NCBI GenBank assembly: GCA_038150265.1
Contig: JAYOTF010000050.1
Coordinates: forward strand, 1 to 16,518
From: Deltaproteobacteria bacterium
GTDB taxonomy: Bacteria; SAR324; NAC60-12
Length of the DNA stretch: 16,518 bases
Direction of reading: 5' to 3'
How positions within the stretch are numbered: position 1 is the stretch's first letter; each line of letters begins with the position of its first letter. The notes below the pieces were generated by a model. The model made no database searches. It had not been told where the DNA came from and worked only from the letters and a program-made list of their open reading frames with translations. The translations under genes and the position numbers were made by a program. Below, in pieces: positions 1 through 7,276 of the stretch.

Positions 1-8
1 GAAAGGTC

Positions 9-116
9 CGTCATTCTCGCGAAGGCGAGAATCCAGTCAAGGAAGCGAAGGCAACCAGTTCAAGGAAGCGAAGGCAACCAGTTCAAGGACTGGATCCCAG
101 CCTGCGCTGGGATGAC
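9..116. repeat. Inverted doublet (REPIN/BIME-like) of CGTC-family/dRS3-like palindromic repeats
   Basis: The left unit 10-36 is GTCATTCTCGC-GAAG-GCGAGAATCCAG, preceded by C to give a CGTC tag. The right unit 90-116 reads GTCATCCCAGC-GCAG-GCTGGGATCCAG on the - strand. Each has an 8-bp hairpin with a 4-nt loop and shared GTCAT...ATCCAG ends. The layout resembles ATTCCC-N8-GGGAAT-type repeats. Confidence 0.8.
37..89 (+). repeat. 23-bp tandem repeat, 2 perfect copies plus 7 bp of a third
   Basis: TCAAGGAAGCGAAGGCAACCAGT at 37-59 and 60-82, then TCAAGGA at 83-89. Confidence 0.95.
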
Positions 117-247
117 CCCAAAACGGCAGCCCACACCAACCGCTCAACCCATTCTGTCAGCCATTTGTTTCAGGCGATTGCCCCGGAACAGGTGCCTTCC
201 AACACAAATTGAATGCAGTTGTGAAACAATGGGTTGCAATTCCCGGA

Positions 248-275
248 TGGACACTTGCCGGAGTTGCGATAGGCT
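248..275 (+). promoter_or_regulatory. Candidate sigma70-type promoter for the mlaA-mlaC-MMPL operon
   Basis: TGGACA (248-253), a 16-nt spacer, then TAGGCT (270-275), ending 68 nt upstream of the mlaA ATG. The -35 matches 5/6 and the -10 keeps only the conserved T, A and final T. Confidence 0.35.
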
Positions 276-343
276 CATGAGAGATTCCCACAGGGAGACG
301 CCTCTTTTGGCCCTGCCCTTCCTCTTAAAAAGTTCGTTTTTTC

Positions 344-1207
344 ATGCATTTGCAAACACGTCCCCTTCTGCTGGTCCTGGCCTTCCTCTGCTGGAGTTCC
401 TGGAGTGCGGCCGCGCCCACGGGCCCTTCCCCTTTGAGTCCGCCCTCCGCCATTACCTACGCGGGGCAACCGATCTGGGCTCAGGCAGACGATTCCCTTG
501 ATTCCGGATTTGAGGGATTTGATGAGTTTGAGAGCGAATTTGAAGCCTCGGCTCCGCAGGTTTCGGACCCGCTTGAGGGCTACAACCGCGCCGTCACCGG
601 CTTCAACGACTGGCTCTACCTGAACCTGCTGGACCCGGTGGCCCGTGGCTGGGCCTGGGCGGTTCCGGAACCGGCTCGCGTCAGCGTCCGCAATTTCTTC
701 AAGAACCTCACGTTTCCGATCCGATTCGTGAACAATGCGCTCCAGCTCAAGGCCAAGAACACCGGAGAGGAGACGGCTCGCTTTGCCATCAACAGCACCG
801 TCGGGGTGCTCGGACTCTTTGACCCTGCCGAGTCGTGGTTTGGCCTCCAGGAGCATCCGGAAGACTTTGGTCAGACGCTGGGACACTACGGTGTTGGCAG
901 CGGTTTTCACATCGTCCTGCCCTTCTTCGGTCCGTCCAACCTGCGAGACACGGCCAGCCTCTACCCAGACTGGCTGCTGGACCCGACCAATGAGCGCTTT
1001 GCCTACCGCAACCCCTCCACCCATCACGTCCTTTACGGACGCGATTACGACCTGGCGGTGCCTTACGCCGTCAAGGGGCTTGAGATCATCAACCGGGAGT
1101 CCCTGCGTCTGGGACAGTACGAGAGCCTGCGCCAGGATGCGATGGACCTCTACCCCTTCCTGCGCGATGTCTATGAGCAAAACCGTCAAAAAGAAATTGA
1201 GGAGTAA
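344..1207 (+). CDS. mlaA: MlaA/VacJ family outer-membrane lipid asymmetry protein (287 aa)
   Basis: N-terminal signal peptide. Family motifs DPLEGYNR, RFAINSTVGVLGLFD, EDFGQTLGHYGVGSG, VLPFFGPSNLRD and C-terminal DLYPFLRDVYEQNR. Confidence 0.95.
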   Translation: MHLQTRPLLLVLAFLCWSSWSAAAPTGPSPLSPPSAITYAGQPIWAQADDSLDSGFEGFDEFESEFEASAPQVSDPLEGYNRAVTGFNDWLYLNLLDPVARGWAWAVPEPARVSVRNFFKNLTFPIRFVNNALQLKAKNTGEETARFAINSTVGVLGLFDPAESWFGLQEHPEDFGQTLGHYGVGSGFHIVLPFFGPSNLRDTASLYPDWLLDPTNERFAYRNPSTHHVLYGRDYDLAVPYAVKGLEIINRESLRLGQYESLRQDAMDLYPFLRDVYEQNRQKEIEE

Positions 1208-1210
1208 CCC

Positions 1211-1801
1211 ATGAAATCCTTTTTGCTGCTGAGCCTTGCGCTCGTGTTGCTACTGGTGCCTGCGGCCCAGGCTTCTGAAACCGATGCCGTCCTGGCCCTC
1301 ACCAAGGGCAAGGTCATTGAAGTCATTGATGTCCTCAAGCAGAAGCAGCTCCCGAAAGAAGAACGCGCCCGCAAGATTGTGGACATCCTGGACGACATCT
1401 TCGACTTTCAGCTGATGGCCAGCCTCAGCCTTGGGAAGAAGCACTGGTCGCCCCTCAGTCCGGACGAGCGGAAGGAGTTCAGCGACCTCTTTGTGGAGCG
1501 CATCAAGCAATCGTACCTCGACAAGCTCGACCTCTACACCGACCAGCAAGTGGCCATTGAAAGCGCCAATCAGGTCAAGAGCAACCGCATTGAAGTCCTC
1601 ACCTACCTCGAAGGCGGAGGAGACCGGATGGAGATGGTGTACAAGATGTACAAGACCCGGAGCGAGGAGTGGAAGGTTTATGACGTGGACATCTCCGGCG
1701 TCAGCTTTGTGCAGACCTACCGGTCTCAGTTTGCCGGAGTCCTTCAGAACCAGAGCTTCTCTGAACTGATGGATCGCCTGCGCTCCAAACAGGAACTCTG
1801 A
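1211..1801 (+). CDS. mlaC: MlaC/Ttg2D (HpnM-like) periplasmic lipid-binding protein (196 aa)
   Basis: Signal peptide ending AQA. Motifs FDFQLMASLSLGKKHW, ERKEFSDLF and WKVYDVDISGVSFVQTYRSQF. SD GAGGAG at 1199-1204. Starts 3 nt after the mlaA stop. Confidence 0.92.
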   Translation: MKSFLLLSLALVLLLVPAAQASETDAVLALTKGKVIEVIDVLKQKQLPKEERARKIVDILDDIFDFQLMASLSLGKKHWSPLSPDERKEFSDLFVERIKQSYLDKLDLYTDQQVAIESANQVKSNRIEVLTYLEGGGDRMEMVYKMYKTRSEEWKVYDVDISGVSFVQTYRSQFAGVLQNQSFSELMDRLRSKQEL

Positions 1802-1828
1802 CCTGCCCTCCTTTCGCCCAAAGCCCCC

Positions 1829-4339
1829 ATGCTGCGCTCCTTCTACCGCCACGTTGTCCTCAAGTACCCGGTTGCCATCCTCATCATCCTCGGGCTGGGG
1901 CTGGCCTTTCTCGCGGAAGAAGCGCGCAAGCTCGCGATTGATGCCTCAGCCGAGACCCTGCTGCTGGAAGGCGACCAGGACCTTCAGTTTACGCGAGAGG
2001 TCAACGAGCGTTACTACAGCCCGGATTTCCTCGTCATCACCTACACGCCCAAGTCCGATTCCCTTCTCAGCGACAAGACGCTCGATGAGCTGAAGCGCCT
2101 TGGAAACGAGCTGGAGGCCCTGGACCGGGTGGACACCGTCACCTCCCTGATCAACGTTCCGCTGCTGCAGAGTCCGCCCAAACCCGTGCAGGAGCTGCTC
2201 AAGGAGGTGCCGACTCTGGAGTCGGAGGGAATTGACCGGGAGCTCGCCAAGCAGGAATTCCTCAATAGCCCCATCTACAGCAGCAACCTCGTCAGTCCGG
2301 ACTTCAAGACGACGGCTCTGCTCGTCAACCTCAAGGATGATGACACCTACCGAGCGCTCCTGAAGCAACGGAACGCCCTCCGGAGCAAGGAAAAGGAAAC
2401 GGGCCTCACGCCTGCAGAAGCCGCCGATTATGAGCAGGTACAGGCCGACTTCAAGGCGCATCGAGATGAGATGCGGGTGGTGGAGCACGAAAACATCGTC
2501 GCCGTCCGGGCGGTCATGGACGGCTACCGAGACCACGCCGACCTCTTTCTCGGCGGAGTCAGCATGATCGCCAATGACACCATTTCGTTCATCAAGGACG
2601 ACCTCGCGATCTTCGGGACCGGTGTCCTCATCTTCCTCATTGTCACCCTCTGGTTCATCTTTCACCAGGCCCGTTGGATCCTGCTGCCCGTGCTGATCTG
2701 TGCCACCTCGGTGGTCGCCACCACCGGGCTGCTGGGGCTCTTCCAGTGGGAAGTCACGGTCATTTCGTCCAACTTCATCTCCATTCAGCTCATCATCACC
2801 ATGGCGCTGACGATCCACCTGATCGTCAAGTACCGCGAGCTGGCCCGAGAATTTCCGGATGCGCCCCTTCCCGAACTGGTGGAAAACGCGGTGATGGCCA
2901 TGGCCCTGCCCTGCTTCTATGCCATCCTCACCACCATTGCCGGCTTTTCGTCCCTCGTCTTCAGCGGCATTCTTCCAGTCATCAACTTCGGGTGGATGAT
3001 GAGTGCCGGGGTCTTCGTTTCGCTCATTCTGGCCTTCCTGATCTTCCCCGCTGTGCTCATGCTGTTCCCCAAGGCGCACCAGCCTCCGGAGCGCACCGGG
3101 CGTTTTTCCCTCACCGAGATTGCCGCCAACTTTACGGCGCGACGAGGCGGCCTCATCCTCTGGATCAGCGCCGGCATTCTGGTCGTCAGTGCCATTGGCA
3201 TCACGCAGCTCCGGGTGGAAAACAGCTTCATCGACTACTTCAAGCCCTCCACTGAAATCTACCAGGGCATGTCGGTCATCGACCAGCAGCTGGGCGGGAC
3301 CACCCCGCTTGATGTGATCATCAAGTTCGACAGCATCGACACGTCCGCTCCTGCAGCCAGCGACCCTGCAGCCAGCGATGCCGCTCCGGAAGACGACTTC
3401 TTCGATCAGTTCGAGGAGGAATTTGCTCAGGAACAGGACTCCGCCCAGTACTGGTTTACGCCAGAACGCATGCGGACCGTGGAGCGTGTCCACGACTACC
3501 TCTCCAGCCTCCCGGAAGTGGGAAAGGTCGTCTCGCTGGGAACCCTGCTCAAGGTCGGAGTGACGCTCAACGACAACCAGCCACTGGACGGCTTCTTGCT
3601 GGCGCTCGTCTACCAGGAGCTTCCGGAGCGCTTCCGCAAGATCATCCTCACGCCTTACGTCTCAGTCGAAAACGACGAGGTCCGCCTGTCCGTCCGGGTC
3701 ATTGACTCGCTTCCAGAGCTGCGTCGCGATGAGTTGCTCAAGCGCATTGAGCGGGATCTGGTGGAAAAGGTGGGACTTCGGGAAGGACAGGCGCGGCTGG
3801 CCAGCCTGCTGGTGCTCTACAACAACATGCTCCAGAGCCTCTTCAGCTCGCAGATCCTCACCCTCGGTTTTGCCGTGCTGGTGCTGATCTTCATGTTCCT
3901 GATCCTGTTCCGGTCCCTGAAGCTGGCGGTGATTGCCATCTTTCCGAACCTGCTTTCGATCGGAACCGTGCTGGGCATGATGGGGTGGGTGGGCATTCCG
4001 CTGGACCTGATGACCATCACCATTGCCGCGATCAGCGTCGGAATTGCAGTGGATGACACGATTCACTACATCCATCGCTTCCGGGAGGAGTTTGAGAAGG
4101 ATCACAACTACATCGCCACCATGCATCGCGCTCACGCGACAATCGGGAGCGCCATGTACTACACCTCCGTGACCATTGTCATCGGCTTCAGCATCCTCGT
4201 CTTCTCAAACTTTGTCCCCAGCATCTACTTCGGAGTCCTGACCAGCCTCGCCATGGTCGCGGCCCTTGCAGCCGCCCTGACGCTGCTGCCGCAGCTGATC
4301 ATCTGGATCAAGCCCTTCGGCAAGGGGCGGTCCGTTTAA
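1829..4339 (+). CDS. MMPL/RND superfamily inner-membrane transporter, HpnN-like putative lipid transporter (836 aa)
   Basis: Two tandem repeats of TM, large periplasmic domain, then 5 TM. GIAVDDTIH motif in the second half. GFSSLVFS and GFSILVFS are repeated in the two halves. Starts 27 nt after mlaC. Confidence 0.9.
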   Translation: MLRSFYRHVVLKYPVAILIILGLGLAFLAEEARKLAIDASAETLLLEGDQDLQFTREVNERYYSPDFLVITYTPKSDSLLSDKTLDELKRLGNELEALDRVDTVTSLINVPLLQSPPKPVQELLKEVPTLESEGIDRELAKQEFLNSPIYSSNLVSPDFKTTALLVNLKDDDTYRALLKQRNALRSKEKETGLTPAEAADYEQVQADFKAHRDEMRVVEHENIVAVRAVMDGYRDHADLFLGGVSMIANDTISFIKDDLAIFGTGVLIFLIVTLWFIFHQARWILLPVLICATSVVATTGLLGLFQWEVTVISSNFISIQLIITMALTIHLIVKYRELAREFPDAPLPELVENAVMAMALPCFYAILTTIAGFSSLVFSGILPVINFGWMMSAGVFVSLILAFLIFPAVLMLFPKAHQPPERTGRFSLTEIAANFTARRGGLILWISAGILVVSAIGITQLRVENSFIDYFKPSTEIYQGMSVIDQQLGGTTPLDVIIKFDSIDTSAPAASDPAASDAAPEDDFFDQFEEEFAQEQDSAQYWFTPERMRTVERVHDYLSSLPEVGKVVSLGTLLKVGVTLNDNQPLDGFLLALVYQELPERFRKIILTPYVSVENDEVRLSVRVIDSLPELRRDELLKRIERDLVEKVGLREGQARLASLLVLYNNMLQSLFSSQILTLGFAVLVLIFMFLILFRSLKLAVIAIFPNLLSIGTVLGMMGWVGIPLDLMTITIAAISVGIAVDDTIHYIHRFREEFEKDHNYIATMHRAHATIGSAMYYTSVTIVIGFSILVFSNFVPSIYFGVLTSLAMVAALAAALTLLPQLIIWIKPFGKGRSV
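3350..3379 (+). repeat. In-frame 15-bp tandem duplication encoding PAASD-PAASD
   Basis: CCTGCAGCCAGCGAC (3350-3364) followed by CCTGCAGCCAGCGAT (3365-3379), inside a low-complexity periplasmic linker of the MMPL gene. Confidence 0.9.
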
Positions 4340-4908
4340 CGCGGCTCCGTCACCTTCCGGATGACCGCGGGCAGAAGCCGGTGCTCCACCGCGTGAATGC
4401 GCTCGGCCAGGGTTGCTTCCGTATCGTCCGGAAGCACCGGCACCCGCTCCTGCTGAATTACTGGCCCGGTGTCCATTCCGGAATCGACCCAGTGAACCGT
4501 CACCCCGGTCTCCGGAACCTGGGCCCGGAAGGCCTGCCCAATGGCATCCTTGCCCGGAAAGTCCGGAAGCAGTGACGGGTGCAGGTTCAGGGCTCGCCCC
4601 TCCCACACCTCCAGAAACGTCGGCCCCACCAGCCTCATGTACCCGGCCAGCACCACCAGGTCCACAGCCGCAGCTTCCAGCTGCTGGAGGATGGCTTCCT
4701 CATAAGCCGCCTTTCCGGCATAAGCCCTGGGCGCAAACGCAAAGCACGGGATCTGCAGCCGTGCCGCATGTCCCACCACAGGTGCCTCGGGTTGGTCGCA
4801 CACCACCAGCACCAGCTGATGCTGCGGCAAGGCTCCGGAGGCAATGGCGTCCTGCACCGCCAGCAGGTTGCTTCCTCGCCCAGAGGCAAAGACCGCCAGG
4901 CGAGTCAC
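4336..4908 (-). CDS. purN: Phosphoribosylglycinamide formyltransferase (190 aa)
   Basis: Motifs FASGRGSN, LAGYMRL, NLHPSLLP and GVTVHWVDSGMDTG. The GTG start at 4908 was chosen because it overlaps the purM stop (GTGA) and lies 9 nt after the SD AGGAGGT (4924-4918). Confidence 0.97.
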   Translation of the reverse strand: MTRLAVFASGRGSNLLAVQDAIASGALPQHQLVLVVCDQPEAPVVGHAARLQIPCFAFAPRAYAGKAAYEEAILQQLEAAAVDLVVLAGYMRLVGPTFLEVWEGRALNLHPSLLPDFPGKDAIGQAFRAQVPETGVTVHWVDSGMDTGPVIQQERVPVLPDDTEATLAERIHAVEHRLLPAVIRKVTEPR

Positions 4909-5930
4909 GCCCAAACCACCTCCTGCTCACCCAACGTCACCTGCCCCACGCGGTAGGCTCTTTCGCCAAACCCCTGGAGCACCTGGAGCGTGGCCTCAAC
5001 GTCACGTTCCGGGACACAGATCACCATGCCGAGCCCCATGTTGAACACGGGGAGGGCGTCTTCAAACTTCAGGTGCCCCTGCTCGCACAGGAAGCGGAAG
5101 ATCGGCAGCTCCGGCCAGGAGCCCTGATGAAGCTCTGCCGCGACTCCGTTCGGAAGCATCCGAGGCACGTTGCCGGGAATGCCACCACCCGTGATGTGCG
5201 ACATGCCCCGGATGTCGACCTGCCGGAGCAGCTCCAGTACCGGACGCACATACAGCGCTGTTGGCCTGAGCAGCGCTGCGCCAATCGTTTCCCCTGTCTG
5301 AGGCAACGGGTCCTGCAGAGAAAGGTGCTGGTCGGCAAGAATCTTCCGGACCAGGGAGAAGCCATTGCTGTGCACCCCGCTCGAAGCCAGGCCGATGAGG
5401 GCGTCACCCACTTCAATCCGGGAGCCATCAATCAGCCTGGAGCGGCTCACGGCTCCCACAGCAAAGCCGGCGAGGTCGTACTCTTCGGCAGCATACATCC
5501 CTGGCATTTCTGCGGTTTCTCCTCCCAGCAGCGCACAGCCGCATTCCAGGCAGGCATCGCTGATGCCCCGGACGATCTGTTCCGCCTGCTCAGGCTTCAG
5601 GGCGCCACAGGCGAGGTAGTCGAGGAAAAACAGGGGCTCGGCCCCCTGCACCAGGATGTCATTGACGCACATCGCGACGAGGTCAATGCCAATGGTGTCA
5701 TGCTCGTTCAGCTCAAACGCCAGCTTGAGCTTGGTTCCCACCCCGTCCGTTCCAGAAACCAGCACCGGATCCGGGAAGCGGGCGAGGTCCAGTTGAAACA
5801 GTCCGCCAAATCCCCCCAATCCGCCCAGCACCTCTGGCCGGAGGGTGCGTTGGGCGAGGGGCTTGAAGCGCGAGACGGCTTCATCAGCAGCATGCAGGTC
5901 CACCCCTGCAGAACGATAGGCGTCACTCAT
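4905..5930 (-). CDS. purM: Phosphoribosylformylglycinamidine cyclo-ligase (AIR synthase, 341 aa)
   Basis: Motifs YRSAGVD, GTDGVGTK, DLVAMCVND, GGETAEMPG, SSGVHSNGFSL and HITGGG. ATGA overlap with the purF stop. Confidence 0.98.
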   Translation of the reverse strand: MSDAYRSAGVDLHAADEAVSRFKPLAQRTLRPEVLGGLGGFGGLFQLDLARFPDPVLVSGTDGVGTKLKLAFELNEHDTIGIDLVAMCVNDILVQGAEPLFFLDYLACGALKPEQAEQIVRGISDACLECGCALLGGETAEMPGMYAAEEYDLAGFAVGAVSRSRLIDGSRIEVGDALIGLASSGVHSNGFSLVRKILADQHLSLQDPLPQTGETIGAALLRPTALYVRPVLELLRQVDIRGMSHITGGGIPGNVPRMLPNGVAAELHQGSWPELPIFRFLCEQGHLKFEDALPVFNMGLGMVICVPERDVEATLQVLQGFGERAYRVGQVTLGEQEVVWA

Positions 5931-7276
5931 GAGGTTGGTGTCGGGTAGTTTCCATTGAAGCAGGCGAGGCAGTGACCGCAGTTCGGGGACGTGTCGGGGC
6001 GTCCGGTCGCCTGGATCATGCCGGGAGAGGAGAGAAAGTAGAGCGAATCGGCGCCAATGGCCTCGCAGATCTCGTCAGGGGTCTGGTTGGCGGCAATCAG
6101 TTCCGCCTGCCGGGCCGTGTCGATTCCGTACAGGCAGGAGTGGGTGATCGGAGGAGAGGTGATGCGCAGGTGGACTTCCAGGGCCCCGGCTTCCTTGAGC
6201 ATCTGCACAATCCGCCCACTGGTGGTGCCCCGCACAATGGAGTCATCCACCAGCACCACACGCTTTCCGGCCACCGCACTCCGGACCGGGCTCAGCTTCA
6301 TGCGGACCCCCTGGCGGCGCAGCTCCTGATTCGGCTGAATGAAGGTCCGGCCAACGTAGCGGTTCTTCATCATCCCCATCTCATACGGAATCCCGGAGGC
6401 TTCGGCATACCCGATGGCTGAGGCCAGCCCCGAATCCGGAACCCCCAGCACCACATCGGCTTCGGTGGGCAGCTCCTGCGCCAGCTCTCGGCCCAGGGCC
6501 TTCCGGACCTCATGGACGCTGATCTGGTCGATTTCGCTGTCTGGACGGGCAAAGTAGATGTACTCAAACGAGCAGATCGTGCGCGGGCTGGGTTCCAGAA
6601 ACACCTGAGAGTGCAGTCCGGAGGCATCAATGCGCAGCAGCTCACCGGGCTCCAGATCCCGGACGTACTCCGCGCCCACGATGTCGAGGGCACAGGTTTC
6701 CGAAGCCAGCACCCACCCCTCTTCCAGCTTGCCCAGGCAAAGGGGGCGGAACCCGCGCGGGTCCTGAGCGGCAATCAAGGAATCAGGGGTGAGGAAGATC
6801 AGCGCATAGGCCCCTTCAATGACCCGGAGGGCGTCTTGAATCGCCTGAATCACCGGGGGTCCGGACCGGGCAATGAGGTGCGAGATGACTTCGGTGTCAC
6901 TCGTGGTCTGGAAGATGGACCCCTGCCGCTCCAGCTGGGTCCGCAGGCGGTGGGCATTGACGAGGTTTCCATTGTGAGCAAGCGAGACCTGCCCGCCGCT
7001 GTAACGGAACATGAGGGGCTGGGCATTCTGGAGCCCGGAGTCGCCCGCTGTGGTGTAACGGACGTGTCCAATGGCATGCCGTCCGGGAAGGTGCTGGTGC
7101 TGCCTTTGGGCAAAGGCTTCGGTCACCAGGCCCATGCCCCGGGCCACCTGCAGGGTCTCGCCATCGGAGGTGCAGATGCCTGCGCTCTCCTGTCCCCGGT
7201 GCTGAAGGGCATGGATGCCGAGGTAGGTCAGTTCCGCCGCATGGGCGTGATTATAGATGCCAAAGATGCCACACAC
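5927..7276 (-). CDS. purF: Amidophosphoribosyltransferase, 4Fe-4S (Bacillus-like) type (449 aa)
   Basis: Ntn N-terminus (M)CGIFG, QHRGQE, GHVRY, HNGN, SDTE and PRPP loop VDDSIVRGTT. Candidate Fe-S Cys in CSFEY, CLYG and CLAC. The start was re-assigned to the GTG at 7276, directly before the catalytic Cys, with AGGA 8 nt upstream. Confidence 0.96.
   Translation of the reverse strand: MCGIFGIYNHAHAAELTYLGIHALQHRGQESAGICTSDGETLQVARGMGLVTEAFAQRQHQHLPGRHAIGHVRYTTAGDSGLQNAQPLMFRYSGGQVSLAHNGNLVNAHRLRTQLERQGSIFQTTSDTEVISHLIARSGPPVIQAIQDALRVIEGAYALIFLTPDSLIAAQDPRGFRPLCLGKLEEGWVLASETCALDIVGAEYVRDLEPGELLRIDASGLHSQVFLEPSPRTICSFEYIYFARPDSEIDQISVHEVRKALGRELAQELPTEADVVLGVPDSGLASAIGYAEASGIPYEMGMMKNRYVGRTFIQPNQELRRQGVRMKLSPVRSAVAGKRVVLVDDSIVRGTTSGRIVQMLKEAGALEVHLRITSPPITHSCLYGIDTARQAELIAANQTPDEICEAIGADSLYFLSSPGMIQATGRPDTSPNCGHCLACFNGNYPTPTS

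Noticed and set aside
37..89. Possible CRISPR array
   Set aside because: The 23-bp copies are directly adjacent with no unique spacers, there are only about 2.3 copies, and no cas genes are present.
117..343. Riboswitch (cobalamin/TPP/SAM/glycine) upstream of mlaA
   Set aside because: Only an isolated AGGTGC is present. The other conserved core elements were not found on either strand.
112..501. 129-aa ORF on the + strand
   Set aside because: It starts inside the palindromic repeat, overlaps mlaA out of frame and has no recognisable motif.
275..3493. Long antisense ORFs 275-1189, 1250-1852 and 1946-3493
   Set aside because: These are shadow frames opposite well-supported genes, expected from GC-rich codon bias, and show no protein motifs.
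1829..5930. Codon-style difference (C-ending codons in the MMPL gene vs G-ending in pur genes) as evidence of foreign origin
   Set aside because: The genes are on opposite strands and both patterns give C-richness on the + strand, so strand skew is a sufficient explanation. Not quantified.
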